A stretch of DNA of 64,000 nt from Minisyncoccia bacterium (GCA_049997795.1 JBEKVT010000001.1:4085-68084); one strand, 5' to 3'; shown: positions 52,015 to 61,635, counted from the first letter of the stretch. The notes: generated by a model not told the origin, from the sequence alone. Made by a program: numbers and translations.

Positions 52015-52796
52015 TGGACCATTATACCATGTCCCGCCATCCCGAGCAGCTTCTCTTTCCACCCCCGCCCTCCCGGGCCATCGAGAAACAGCCCGGACGG
52101 GCATGTGGTCTTATGATTGATCTCGCAATGCCCGAATATCCTCTCTTTCGGGATGCTCGGATATCTCTCGCAGATGAGCCGGGCTAGCGCCTCCAGCACT
52201 TCCTTGCCCGGCGCCGAATGCTCGTAATCATTATCGAGACAGATGGCGACGCTCCTCCGGTTCATGTCCCAATCCCCCGCCTGCCACCCTATCTCATCGT
52301 CATTGAGCAGACGCTCGCACGTCCCGTCCATGCGCACCAGCCAGTGATACGGCCAGAAGACCTGCCTGCCGTTCCTGAAATGCCCGGAGTAGACAGGAGC
52401 GCCCTTGATCTCCTTGTTCGCCTCATACGTCGGTCCTTTCCCGGCATACTGCGGAGCATAGAGACGGACGAGCTCGATCGCCGAAAGGCGCTCTTTGGTC
52501 ATCCAGGGAGGGTTGCTCGTATGGTGGATGACGATGGCGTCGATCGGCTTGCGCTCCCGATCGAAATCCTTGCCGGCCGTCCCCAATGAGACGTTCCCGA
52601 GGCGCAATTGTTCTTCGACGAAGCTATATATCCTTTCTTTTTCCCGCTCATACGCCGGCTGGTCGGCATCACGCAGCTTGCCGAGGTCCTCCATGGCTTG
52701 GGAGACCCTCATATACCAAAGAGGGTCCTTCATGCTGCCATAGCCTCCCGCCTTGCCGTTCCCGAAAAAGTAGGCGTGCTTCGTTCCCTTCTTCAT
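52011..52796 (-). CDS. N-acetylmuramoyl-L-alanine amidase (Amidase_2 / PGRP-AmpD family)
   Basis: 261 aa with ...AIVIHHTS... and a Zn ligand set in ...GHCEINHKTTCPSG. Confidence 0.7.
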   Translation of the reverse strand: MKKGTKHAYFFGNGKAGGYGSMKDPLWYMRVSQAMEDLGKLRDADQPAYEREKERIYSFVEEQLRLGNVSLGTAGKDFDRERKPIDAIVIHHTSNPPWMTKERLSAIELVRLYAPQYAGKGPTYEANKEIKGAPVYSGHFRNGRQVFWPYHWLVRMDGTCERLLNDDEIGWQAGDWDMNRRSVAICLDNDYEHSAPGKEVLEALARLICERYPSIPKERIFGHCEINHKTTCPSGLFLDGPGGRGWKEKLLGMAGHGIMVQ

Positions 52797-52957
52797 GATG
52801 ATCTCTATAAAAGATTATGATAAGCGACACTTACTTTAACAAAAAACGCCGCGGGCGCAAACTCTCCGGCGGAACGGCTTGACTTGCCGCGGTCCGCTGA
52901 TTAGACTCCCCATAGCACAACAACCCATCGCAAATTGAAATCCCGGAGAACCATACA

Positions 52958-53419
52958 GTGAATATCAACGAATTCTACGCCGTAACCTTGACCTCTGTGT
53001 ATCATGTCAGGGCGCTCGGGAATTACCGGGCGTCCGCCGTCAAGATCGCCCTGAAAGGCAATAGCCAGGTGCAGGTCGGCCACGATATCGCGGAAGGCGG
53101 CATGATCGCGATCTGCAGGGACTTGCAGGGATATGTCCCTGAAAAATACGGTTTCAGCCACCCGATGACCGGCTTTGAGCGCAGGCTCGAACTGGTCAAC
53201 GGCCAGTGGTGGAGAGGGGGGACATCGCCGATCGTCGCTCTCTTCAAGACCGAGGAGGAGGCGACCGCATGCCTTAACAGCAAAAATCTGCGGCCCCGCG
53301 ACCCCCGTTGGATCGATTCGACGAGACGGGTGATGGAAGAGATCGGCGACGCGCACCCGTCATTCTACGTCTGCCACTACAGGGGGATGGAGCTTCTGGA
53401 GGCCGCCGCGGCGGCATGA
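52958..53419 (+). CDS. Hypothetical protein (153 aa)
   Basis: ORF only. Confidence 0.35.
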   Translation: MNINEFYAVTLTSVYHVRALGNYRASAVKIALKGNSQVQVGHDIAEGGMIAICRDLQGYVPEKYGFSHPMTGFERRLELVNGQWWRGGTSPIVALFKTEEEATACLNSKNLRPRDPRWIDSTRRVMEEIGDAHPSFYVCHYRGMELLEAAAAA

Positions 53420-53519
53420 ATGACCTCGTCTCTTCCAAGCCGGTGCTAGCACCGGCTTTTTTGATCGCCGGCTGGCCTATTGACTGGGCTCCGTTTAGGC
53501 CTAAAGTTATGGATAATCC

Positions 53520-54446
53520 ATGGACACGGCGATCGCTCCAAAAACCGTCATCGATTGTTATTCCTTCCTCGACGCCTTCGCGTCGTGCGGCGTATACGAC
53601 TACACCGAGGGCAAATACAATGGCGATCCTGCCGTATCTTATGAACAGGCGCAAGCGAACCAGGCCGAGTATCTGCTCGACCAGGCGGGCTGCGGCCAGG
53701 GATCCAAGCTCCTCGACATCGGCTGCGGCAATGGCCGGATCCTCGAGGCCGCCAAGGGGCGCGGCGCCTCCGCCATCGGCATAACCATCTCGCCCGAACA
53801 GGCAATGAAGAACAACGCTAAAGGATTGGAGACCGTCCTCCTCAATTACAAGGACATCCCTGAGTCATGGGACGGGCGATTCGATTGCATCATAGCCAAC
53901 GGATCGATCGAGCATTTCGTCCAGATTGAAGACGTCCTGGCTGGCCGGCAGAGCAAGATCTATTCGGAGATGTTCGCCGTCATGGACAGGATATTGAAGC
54001 CGAACGGCAGGGCCGTCACCACGGTCATCCACCTCCGGCTCTCCGTCGATCCGCGCGAGGTGGCGAGAGGCCCCGGCGCTTTCAGGCGCGGCACTGCCCT
54101 TTTCCACAGCGCCCAGCTCACGCGGGACCTCGGCGGCTGGTATCCAGCGAAGGACGAGCTCATCGGATGCGTCCGCCCTTATTTCCGCCTGGTGCGGCGC
54201 GAAGACGGGACGGACGATTATCGGCGGACTTCGGAGGATTGGATGAGGGCCTGGAAAAGGATCATCCTGACGAACCCCCGATCATGGATCATCTTCGCGG
54301 GCAAGCTCATCCGGCATCCGAGGCACACGATCGGATTCCTCGACGACCTGCTCGTCTCCAAGTCCTGGGCGACCCAGTTCTGGGATTGGCAGGGCCAAGG
54401 GACGCCGACCTATCTGTTCAGGGATACGTGGGAGAAGCTCTCTTGA
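53520..54446 (+). CDS. Class I SAM-dependent methyltransferase (cyclopropane-fatty-acyl-phospholipid synthase / mycolic-acid MT-like)
   Basis: 308 aa. LLDIGCGNGRILEAA is SAM-binding motif I. The overall length and layout match the CFA-synthase family. Confidence 0.7.
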   Translation: MDTAIAPKTVIDCYSFLDAFASCGVYDYTEGKYNGDPAVSYEQAQANQAEYLLDQAGCGQGSKLLDIGCGNGRILEAAKGRGASAIGITISPEQAMKNNAKGLETVLLNYKDIPESWDGRFDCIIANGSIEHFVQIEDVLAGRQSKIYSEMFAVMDRILKPNGRAVTTVIHLRLSVDPREVARGPGAFRRGTALFHSAQLTRDLGGWYPAKDELIGCVRPYFRLVRREDGTDDYRRTSEDWMRAWKRIILTNPRSWIIFAGKLIRHPRHTIGFLDDLLVSKSWATQFWDWQGQGTPTYLFRDTWEKLS

Positions 54447-54552
54447 ACCCGGCCATCGTCGTATAGGGAGTCAGACATCAGGGCCCGTCGCGTCCGGTAT
54501 GGGACCGGAAACATCATTGACATACCCGCCGACATAATATATAACGATAATC

Positions 54553-55650
54553 ATGAATATCGTAGCCCGGAACAGGCCGACAATCTCGCTGGGGACGCTG
54601 GGCATCGCAGGCGCCTGCGCTGTCCTCGCTATAGCCCTTTTTGCCGTTACCGCTCCGAAAGTCCATGCTTTTGGCCATAATTTCGGCGGGGATAGTTATA
54701 ACAACAATAGCGGCAGCCACAACGGCAATGGGGGCGGTTTTCCAAACAGTGGAGGCAATAACAATGGGAGCGGAAATAATTGGGGCAGTAACAATGGCGG
54801 TAACGGCAACGGTCGGAATAACAATAATAATGGCGGCGGCCAAAACAACAACACCGGCGGGCCCGATTCACATTGGCTGGACCATCGGATCACCCAGCCC
54901 CCTTTTCAGAATTATCATTACCCCGTTCCGTCTTTTCCACATTTTGACCATCCTCATTACCAGCCGCCCGTGATCCAACCAGTCACATATTATCAGCCGA
55001 CCCAATATATCTATCAGTCGGTTCCGACTTATTCCTATCAAAGCTATCCAGACTATTATCAGTATCCCACTAGCTACAGTTACCCGACTACGTACTATCA
55101 GCAACCGACTCAGATATACGCATATCAGACGCCTTCATACCCCTACTACACGAATAACCAATATACCGTCACCGGCCAATCCAATAATTCGAATGAACTG
55201 AACATCAGCTGCTCCGCCGAACCTTCCGCGTCAGCCGTCGGCCAGCCCGTCACGTGGACCGCCACGGTCACCGGCGGCGCGGCGCCTTACACGTACTCGT
55301 GGTCCGGATCCGACGGGATCTCCGGCTCGCAGGGCTCGGTCACGAAGTATTACGATTCCGCCGGCGAGAAAACCGCCATAGTCATGGTGACTTCCGCAAA
55401 CGGCCTGACCAGCACACATCCTTGCGACAACACGTTGACGGTGCAGGGCGGCGGCCAGGGAGCCTATCTCCCGCAGACCGGCGCTGCCGCTCCCTCGCAG
55501 ACACCGGTCGAGAACGGCAACCCGAATGCGGCCGCGGCCGCGCTCTCCAACGTCCCTTGGGGATGGCTAGCGTCCCTCATCATCCTGGTGCTTCTTGGGA
55601 CGATGGCGTATCTTCTGTTCGAGCGCCAAAAGGTAAAGATCAGTCCTTGA
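54553..55650 (+). CDS. LPXTG-anchored cell-surface protein with Gly/Asn-rich and Tyr/Gln/Pro-rich low-complexity regions and an Ig-like domain
   Basis: Signal peptide, a GGNNNG... tract and a YQ(Q)P/T repeat tract. The C-terminus has LPQTG, then the hydrophobic WLASLIILVLLGTMAYLLF, then the charged ERQKVK: a sortase sorting signal. Confidence 0.7.
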   Translation: MNIVARNRPTISLGTLGIAGACAVLAIALFAVTAPKVHAFGHNFGGDSYNNNSGSHNGNGGGFPNSGGNNNGSGNNWGSNNGGNGNGRNNNNNGGGQNNNTGGPDSHWLDHRITQPPFQNYHYPVPSFPHFDHPHYQPPVIQPVTYYQPTQYIYQSVPTYSYQSYPDYYQYPTSYSYPTTYYQQPTQIYAYQTPSYPYYTNNQYTVTGQSNNSNELNISCSAEPSASAVGQPVTWTATVTGGAAPYTYSWSGSDGISGSQGSVTKYYDSAGEKTAIVMVTSANGLTSTHPCDNTLTVQGGGQGAYLPQTGAAAPSQTPVENGNPNAAAAALSNVPWGWLASLIILVLLGTMAYLLFERQKVKISP

Positions 55651-56062
55651 ATAGCTCTCTATACTTCTCCCATTCCCCTTCTTCGATGTCACGGAAGATC
55701 TCCTTCTCGTGGATCTGTGATTTTTGATAAAGCTCGTCGTCCAGCTCTCTGGGACGAAGGTGGAAGTGAAGGTGGCTCACCTTAAGCTTGCTGTCAGGTA
55801 TGAAGGGCCGAAAATTTTGACAGATGTCACAACCCTTAGCGAAGCTGTTGAGGATTTTTTCTTGTACGTTCACCACTTCCTCAAGGAGGCCGTCCCTTTC
55901 TTCTTTTGTAAGCTCGCTTAATCTTTCTACATGACGCTTTGGTATGACCAGTAGATGTCCGGGCATTAATCGTGGATTGCTCAAGACGGTAAGAGCGTAT
56001 TTTGTGTCATGGATTATCTGCTCGCCATCATGGGCGATGATCTTGCAGAATCGGCATTCCAT
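55640..56062 (-). CDS. HIT-family hydrolase
   Basis: 140 aa with the histidine triad HLHFHL. Its GC is lower (~47%) than the surrounding chromosome. Confidence 0.8.
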   Translation of the reverse strand: MECRFCKIIAHDGEQIIHDTKYALTVLSNPRLMPGHLLVIPKRHVERLSELTKEERDGLLEEVVNVQEKILNSFAKGCDICQNFRPFIPDSKLKVSHLHFHLRPRELDDELYQKSQIHEKEIFRDIEEGEWEKYRELFKD

Positions 56063-56096
56063 TCATCTATTATAGCAGAAGTCCCGTCTCAAAACG

Positions 56097-56138
56097 TCGG
56101 TCGGCTGCATGGCACGATGTTGGAACCATTGTGCAACG
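56097..56138 (+). repeat. Cassette-associated conserved element, copy 1 (divergent: ...CGGCTGCATGGCACGATGTTGGAACCATTGTGCAACG)
   Basis: Read directly; 22/26 identity to the core consensus. Confidence 0.7.
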
Positions 56139-56248
56139 GGAGGTGGAGGAGTATCTATGGCAAGACTCCTGCCAACCCTGACTAGCAACCTCTATAACCA
56201 CACATCCTTATTTTATCTTCTTCCGTATATATCCTCCGCAACCTAAAT

Positions 56249-56443
56249 TTATTTCTTTCCTTTTATATTAATCAGGACCAGGCAGATGATTATAAAAATT
56301 ATTGAAACACAAAACATGATCCAAGAGTATGAAATCGCATGCTGATTTTGAGTAATCTTCCAAACATTTATTATGCTCATCAGACCGATCCCTATCCAAA
56401 AACTGATAGCCCACTCCAATTGTCTTTTGCTTTTATTTATCAT
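56249..56443 (-). CDS. Tiny two-TM membrane protein (64 aa), very AT-rich; paralogue of the next gene
   Basis: MINKSKRQLEWAISFWIGIGLMSIINVW.... GC is about 30% against roughly 62% for the chromosome. Confidence 0.4.
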   Translation of the reverse strand: MINKSKRQLEWAISFWIGIGLMSIINVWKITQNQHAISYSWIMFCVSIIFIIICLVLINIKGKK

Positions 56444-56628
56444 TTTTTAACTCTTTTTAGCAATATGATATTCAATAATAATCCCATGACTGCAACCCCG
56501 ATTATCCCATAGTTATAAAGCAATATATTGCCCTGCGGAGTATGTCGATAATTCATAATGAGATTTATAAGACTATAAACACCTCCTCCAATCCAGAATC
56601 CTATCCCATATTTATATATTTCATTCAT
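56440..56628 (-). CDS. Tiny two-TM membrane protein (62 aa), very AT-rich; tandem paralogue
   Basis: MNEIYKYGIGFWIGGGVYSLINLIMNY.... It overlaps the downstream gene by 4 nt. Confidence 0.4.
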   Translation of the reverse strand: MNEIYKYGIGFWIGGGVYSLINLIMNYRHTPQGNILLYNYGIIGVAVMGLLLNIILLKRVKK

Positions 56629-56684
56629 TATATAATCTTATCCTCCTTATGATCATTATCCCTTGATTTCCATGATTGGCTGGC

Positions 56685-56717
56685 AGTGTGGTACAACGTT
56701 GGAACCATTATGCAACG
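56685..56717 (+). repeat. Cassette-associated conserved element, copy 2 (TGGCTGGCAGTGTGGTACAACGTTGGAACCATTATGCAACG)
   Basis: Read directly. Confidence 0.8.
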
Positions 56718-56733
56718 AGAATTGAAATGATGT

Positions 56734-56967
56734 CTATCGCGGGGCCGGCAAGCCGGCGCTCTTGTAGCACACATTCTCGCATGATTGTTCCTGCTTCGCC
56801 GCCGCATCCCTGCCCGATGAGTCAAAAACGCCCTGGCACAGAACGACACAGTCGCCTACCGCGGTCGTCGCTTCTTGGTCTTGGTTATGGCTATGTATCC
56901 CGATCTCTATGCCGATCAAGATAAGGATGACGACGATTATCAAGATCAACGCCTGCGTTTTTGTCAT
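56734..56967 (-). CDS. Small secreted/membrane 4-Cys protein (77 aa)
   Basis: A hydrophobic N-terminus, then ...GDCVVLCQG...SCENVCY. Confidence 0.35.
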   Translation of the reverse strand: MTKTQALILIIVVILILIGIEIGIHSHNQDQEATTAVGDCVVLCQGVFDSSGRDAAAKQEQSCENVCYKSAGLPAPR

Positions 56968-56996
56968 GTTTTTTCTTTATCTATCCCTATTCTTCC

Positions 56997-58028
56997 TCAC
57001 TGGACCGCCGAGGACGCGCCGACTGAAAACGTCGCCGTGTCGCCGCTTATCTCTGTGAGTTTGATGCCGTAGTTCGGAGTGCTATATGTTTGGCCGACGG
57101 AAAGAGTCTGCGGCGTGATCGGAACGACGGCGATCATGCAGCGGATCCGGGGCGGCTTGTCCGACGGGAATGAGTTCCAGCATCCGACCGGCGTGATCTC
57201 TATGGTCGCCGAAGACGGGGATAGGTCTTGCAAAGTGAAGTAAAAGCTCTCGTTTCTAACCTCCGCGATGCCGCCCTGCCGTAACGACACGCTTCCGGGC
57301 ACATCGAGCTCCTTGATGGCGGAAGGAACATCAAGGTCTCCCTGCGGCTCAGTGCTCGCGTAGGCATCCGCCTCCGCTTGTAGCGCGGCGGACAGGACCG
57401 AGGGATCAACGGAGGCTCCCGCAAGCGAGACGGTCTTCGCGAGGACGCCGGCGTTGCTCCCTCCCCCGTCGCCGACGACGAGAAAGTCCGTCGTGCTCAA
57501 GGGAATGATGCTCGTATCGAAGCGGCGGCCGCTCGGTAACATGATGAGGCCAGACATCGTGGCGTTCGAGATGTCCGCCGTGGTGGTCGCGCCCGAAGTC
57601 CCCGAGCTTGTCCCCTCCGGATATGCGACCATCCATTGCCCTGATGCGGGACTATAGAAATATTTCGTCTGAGCGATCGGGCTCGCGTGGCCGTTTTGCT
57701 CGTCGGTTATCGTTTGGGCCGCTGAATCGACGACGTAGATCATTACGCCTCCCGGAGAACCGACTTGGAGCGTTTTTACCAGGGTACCTCCGGGAAACAA
57801 CGCCGTATCCTTCGTGGTTGTCGAGAGGATTTGCCAGGAGCTCGGGTACCAAAAAGCGAAGCCGAGATCCGGATCGGTGTATCGGATCATGCCGTAGGTA
57901 TCGGCCGTGGGAGCGCCTGTCGGAGAAGATGTTCGCGGGCGAATGAGGAAATACGCTCCACCGCCGACTATGAGCAGCGCGAGCACGACGAGCGCCCACG
58001 TCTCGACCTTGCCGAGTTGATTCTTCAT
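56997..58028 (-). CDS. Secreted hypothetical protein (343 aa, GC-rich)
   Basis: N-terminal signal/TM segment MKNQLGKVETWALVVLALLIVGGGAYFLI. No catalytic motif recognised. Confidence 0.45.
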   Translation of the reverse strand: MKNQLGKVETWALVVLALLIVGGGAYFLIRPRTSSPTGAPTADTYGMIRYTDPDLGFAFWYPSSWQILSTTTKDTALFPGGTLVKTLQVGSPGGVMIYVVDSAAQTITDEQNGHASPIAQTKYFYSPASGQWMVAYPEGTSSGTSGATTTADISNATMSGLIMLPSGRRFDTSIIPLSTTDFLVVGDGGGSNAGVLAKTVSLAGASVDPSVLSAALQAEADAYASTEPQGDLDVPSAIKELDVPGSVSLRQGGIAEVRNESFYFTLQDLSPSSATIEITPVGCWNSFPSDKPPRIRCMIAVVPITPQTLSVGQTYSTPNYGIKLTEISGDTATFSVGASSAVQ

Positions 58029-58046
58029 ATCTTCAATTGTAGCATT

Positions 58047-58073
58047 CTAGCTGCGTGGTGCTATGTTGGAACC
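58047..58073 (+). repeat. Cassette-associated conserved element, copy 3 (TAGCTGCGTGGTGCTATGTTGGAACC)
   Basis: Read directly. ACG is replaced by GCT in the core. It ends 4 bp before the stop codon of the 680-aa gene. Confidence 0.8.
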
Positions 58074-58076
58074 TTT

Positions 58077-60119
58077 TTAACGTTTTGTCACCCCGATCTT
58101 TATGTTCCCGTCGGCAAAATTACCAGCCCGATCAAAAGCTCGTACGGTGATGACATGCGTCCCTATGGGAAGCGAGACGGAGAGCGGCGATGCGGCGGGC
58201 AAGAAAACGCCGTCGTCAAATCGGACGTAATAATTTCCTTGCAAACCGCTTGAATTATCTTGGCTTTCGAATGCCAGCCGTATCACCTCGCCCTCGGATA
58301 CCGCGGTTTTGCTCGCTTTGATGACGGGTTGCAATGGCGGCGTCGTGTCTATCATCACCTTATAATTGGAGACTGCGCCGCTCGTCCCGTTTTTTACCGG
58401 CGCGATATGGAAGTAATAGATGCCATCGGTAAGGCCGGAAAAAGAAACCGAGTCCGCGGATGTCGTGCTTGCTCCAACGAGAGAAGAAGCCGTAGGTATG
58501 TTGTCAAGTGAATAAAGATAGTGATAGCCGTTAGAGGTTATCCACGTAAAGAGGCCGTCCGGCTCGTTGTACCATCGCGCGCTATTGGGATATGTTGGAG
58601 AAAAGACCGGGATCGAGGAAGTGCTATTGTATATCGTCGATTTATCGACAATGCGATAACTGCCATCGGTGGCAAGGCGGAGGACGTCTGTGCCTAATTC
58701 ATCATTCGCCAATATCCGCGTACTTGTACTGAAATGCAACGTCACCTCTCCTTCCTTAAGAGGCTGTAGGACGAGCGTGAACACGTTCCCGTTTAGTCCG
58801 GAAAAGCCCGGGGTCAGAAGGCCGCAAGTCACTCGCACCTCGCCGCGTTTATTATCAATGCTTTTTTCCAGAAACATCGTCGGCGCGCAAAAAGAGTCCG
58901 CGGTGATGATATCTACCACCCGGATCCTTGCCGAATCATAAGTCAAATCGACCTGGGCAACATTAATGGCTTCTCCGCCCGTCAATACATCTATCGCTAC
59001 CTGTTGTTCGGATGATCTGCTCCAGGCGGCGAAGCTCGGGTCGAGCGTCAGAGTAGAATTATAAATCGTGTAAGGCGGTCTTCGGATGGAAAGCGAATGG
59101 TTGTAAAGCAGCGAGCTGTCGACAGAAAAGGCCGCGACCAAGACGATGGAAGAACAAATGATCAAGATGATACGCTCTATCGCGTGGCGCTTTTTTGTCG
59201 CCCCGCGAGTATGGAAAAAAAAGACAATGAGGACGAAGATGAGGGCGACGATCGAGGAAAAGATCGCGGCCTGCACGGTATAGCCAGCTGGATAAAGGAT
59301 GAGCATCCCTCCAGGACTTTCATAAAGGCCGTGGAAGACGAGATTTTTTATGAAATACGCCCTCCCTTCTACGATCGCCTCACGGTCAGATTGCCCTTTT
59401 TGGACCCAATCGGAGCCCGTGTTGAAATACGCCGCAAGCAGGAGCTTGGTGTTCGGATCCCCGAAGGTCGTTCCGACCACGCCGTCCTGTTTCGAATAGA
59501 AGATGAGATTCTCTCCGTCAGTCAAATATCTGCTCTTAAAGGCGCCGGCATAGGCGTCGTCAACCGAGTAGCCGCCGAACACGGCTCCTATCGTCCGGCC
59601 ATTGTCGATCACTGGGTAGCCGGCGATAACCAAGAGCGAGACTGAGCTGCCGCGCTCTATAGAGATCACGGGTTTCCCTTCCGCCACCCTGCGCCCATAG
59701 CTTGTCGCCTGAAATATATAATCTCCGCTACGAGAGGAAGCCGGGGTTTGTGACAGGACTATCCCTCTGTCATCCGTAACAATGATGGTGTCGAGGCGGT
59801 GAATGGTTTGCTCGCTCTGTAGCGTTGAGGCGAGATGCGAGATGTCTCTCGTCTCAATGAGCTTCGCAAGACTGGAAGAGGTGGCGATCTCTCCCGCTTG
59901 TTGAAACACGTATCGTGAATCGGCATCAAGACCGCGCTGTATTTGCCCGACTGCGCTGTCGAAGAATCTCACTTCGAACCAGTGCGTGACCTGATATGAA
60001 AAAAGCGACACTATCGAAAACGCGACGACCGTCGCCGCCATCACGATAAGGATGAATCTTTCTTGTCGTGCGAATTTTATGATCCGGACAAACATCTCGC
60101 TTATATGAAGGCCTTGCAA
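58077..60119 (-). CDS. Large membrane-anchored extracytoplasmic protein (680 aa), hypothetical
   Basis: N-terminal TM plus a second TM cluster mid-protein, with beta-rich extracellular regions. Confidence 0.45.
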   Translation of the reverse strand: MQGLHISEMFVRIIKFARQERFILIVMAATVVAFSIVSLFSYQVTHWFEVRFFDSAVGQIQRGLDADSRYVFQQAGEIATSSSLAKLIETRDISHLASTLQSEQTIHRLDTIIVTDDRGIVLSQTPASSRSGDYIFQATSYGRRVAEGKPVISIERGSSVSLLVIAGYPVIDNGRTIGAVFGGYSVDDAYAGAFKSRYLTDGENLIFYSKQDGVVGTTFGDPNTKLLLAAYFNTGSDWVQKGQSDREAIVEGRAYFIKNLVFHGLYESPGGMLILYPAGYTVQAAIFSSIVALIFVLIVFFFHTRGATKKRHAIERIILIICSSIVLVAAFSVDSSLLYNHSLSIRRPPYTIYNSTLTLDPSFAAWSRSSEQQVAIDVLTGGEAINVAQVDLTYDSARIRVVDIITADSFCAPTMFLEKSIDNKRGEVRVTCGLLTPGFSGLNGNVFTLVLQPLKEGEVTLHFSTSTRILANDELGTDVLRLATDGSYRIVDKSTIYNSTSSIPVFSPTYPNSARWYNEPDGLFTWITSNGYHYLYSLDNIPTASSLVGASTTSADSVSFSGLTDGIYYFHIAPVKNGTSGAVSNYKVMIDTTPPLQPVIKASKTAVSEGEVIRLAFESQDNSSGLQGNYYVRFDDGVFLPAASPLSVSLPIGTHVITVRAFDRAGNFADGNIKIGVTKR

Positions 60120-60270
60120 TATGCTTTTATAGTATCACAGTATTCGAAATGAGGATTCACTCGGAATCGGTCCAGATTTCGCCCAGTGACTTCTATTCCT
60201 CGGGCTCGAACAAACCCCCGTGGCGTGGCTCAAAATATGGTGGTGCTTCGGTCTCCGATACTAAATTTAT

Positions 60271-60300
60271 TTGGCTGGCCGTGTGGTACGAAGTTGGAAC
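60271..60300 (+). repeat. Cassette-associated conserved element, copy 4 (TGGCTGGCCGTGTGGTACGAAGTTGGAACT)
   Basis: Read directly. The stop codon of the SRPBCC gene starts 1-3 bp after the element. Confidence 0.8.
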
Positions 60301-60302
60301 TT

Positions 60303-60749
60303 TTATTTCTTAAGCATCTTCCTCAATTTGTCGATAACAGCCTTCTCCCAATACTTCATCGAGTACCATCTTATTAATGGTCTTGCGACGATACGCAGCC
60401 AAGGCCTATGGATAGAGACCTGATACGTATAGTCAATGATGGTTCCCTCTGGGTTCTCGGAAAGCAAGAGTTCTTCATGCCCGGAAGTCCCGAACTTGGG
60501 GTTTTCGTTGTCTGAACTGAATCCTCTTCCGGGGATGATCCGAGTCATCATCCTTACTGGGAATAGCCGCCCGAACGACTTCACTCCGGCTTCCATCTCC
60601 AGATAATTCTCTTCGCGTTTCGTGACTTTGATCGATTCGGCGACCTTCGGGAAATATAATGGGAACTTCTCAAAATCGGTTATTATCTTGAAGACTTGTT
60701 CTCTAGGTGCTTTGACAAGCCATCGGCCGTGGAGAGTGATTTCTTTCAT
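60303..60749 (-). CDS. SRPBCC-superfamily protein (polyketide cyclase/dehydrase-like)
   Basis: 148 aa with a Polyketide_cyc2-like pattern (...WLVKAPREQVFKIITDFEKFPLYFP...). Confidence 0.6.
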   Translation of the reverse strand: MKEITLHGRWLVKAPREQVFKIITDFEKFPLYFPKVAESIKVTKREENYLEMEAGVKSFGRLFPVRMMTRIIPGRGFSSDNENPKFGTSGHEELLLSENPEGTIIDYTYQVSIHRPWLRIVARPLIRWYSMKYWEKAVIDKLRKMLKK

Positions 60750-60776
60750 GATTCAAGTATATCAAAAAAATTTGTT

Positions 60777-60801
60777 AGCTGCGTGGTACGATGTTGGAAC
60801 C
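60777..60801 (+). repeat. Cassette-associated conserved element, copy 5 (TAGCTGCGTGGTACGATGTTGGAACC)
   Basis: Read directly. It lies about 40 bp upstream (plus-strand coordinates) of the MTase gene's stop codon. Confidence 0.8.
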
Positions 60802-60841
60802 ATTATGCCCGATACTCAATCAAAACAGATCTCGTATGGTT

Positions 60842-61564
60842 TTAGCTGACTTTTGTTGCGATAACTCCTATATATCTTTTATATAATGAATCGGGAAGAA
60901 GCGACAATAATAGACTGAATAGATTAATGACTTTCGATATACACCGACGCGTGACACCTTGTTTGGTCACGAACCGAAAATAAAATCTTCCGACATATCC
61001 AGAGTAATCGATCCTGCAACCTTTTGCGATCATCACAGATGTGATTGCCTTTAGGTTCATAGATGACAGAACATGGTTCTTAAGGACATCCGGTTCAAAT
61101 AACTTGTACAAGAAGTAATAGATCGGGGAATTGAGGTTGGGCACATCGATGATTATCTTTCCTCCGGGCTTTAGAAGTTCCAAATGCTTATCCAAGACCT
61201 CCTCCAAATCATTGAAGTGCTCGATAAATCCGAACGAGCATACCAGATCGTACTTGATCTGTGATTTAAAATCGAAGATATCTGCTTCATAGAAATGATT
61301 ATATCTGTATCCCCTGCTCTTGAACCAACCAGATAAAGAATCCGTGCCGTGAAATGAATCGACTCCGTTTAATTCATATCCTTTTTCGCCAAAAACAGCT
61401 AAAAATTTTCCTGGGTAGCAACCGATCTCCATGCAATTGGCAGTAATCGTGTCGGGTATTTCTTTCTCGATCCATAGGCGAATCGGGTGATTACGCGGCG
61501 CGATCTCGAAAACCGTTTCTTTCCAATGATTACTCCAGTATTCTTCTGTCGAGACTGATTGCAT
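60842..61564 (-). CDS. Class I SAM-dependent methyltransferase
   Basis: CMEIGCYPGKFLAVFGEKGYELNGVD is motif I. The likely start is MQSVSTEEYW. The track's 15-codon N-terminal extension runs through repeat copy 6. Confidence 0.65.
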   Translation of the reverse strand: MQSVSTEEYWSNHWKETVFEIAPRNHPIRLWIEKEIPDTITANCMEIGCYPGKFLAVFGEKGYELNGVDSFHGTDSLSGWFKSRGYRYNHFYEADIFDFKSQIKYDLVCSFGFIEHFNDLEEVLDKHLELLKPGGKIIIDVPNLNSPIYYFLYKLFEPDVLKNHVLSSMNLKAITSVMIAKGCRIDYSGYVGRFYFRFVTKQGVTRRCISKVINLFSLLLSLLPDSLYKRYIGVIATKVS

Positions 61565-61570
61565 TCTATT

Positions 61571-61599
61571 GGCTGGCCGTGTGGTACGATGTTGGAACC
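61571..61599 (+). repeat. Cassette-associated conserved element, copy 6 (GGCTGGCCGTGTGGTACGATGTTGGAACC)
   Basis: Read directly. It ends 36 bp before the SET-domain gene's stop. Confidence 0.85.
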
Positions 61600-61635
61600 T
61601 TTTTAACAAATCTGGGCTCTTAAATGCGATAATTT

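Noticed and set aside
60186-60377. Plus-strand 63-aa ORF overlapping repeat copy 4
   Set aside because: Its peptide (…LFGWPCGTKLELLF…) is simply the translation of the conserved element and overlaps the SRPBCC gene on the opposite strand, so it is spurious.
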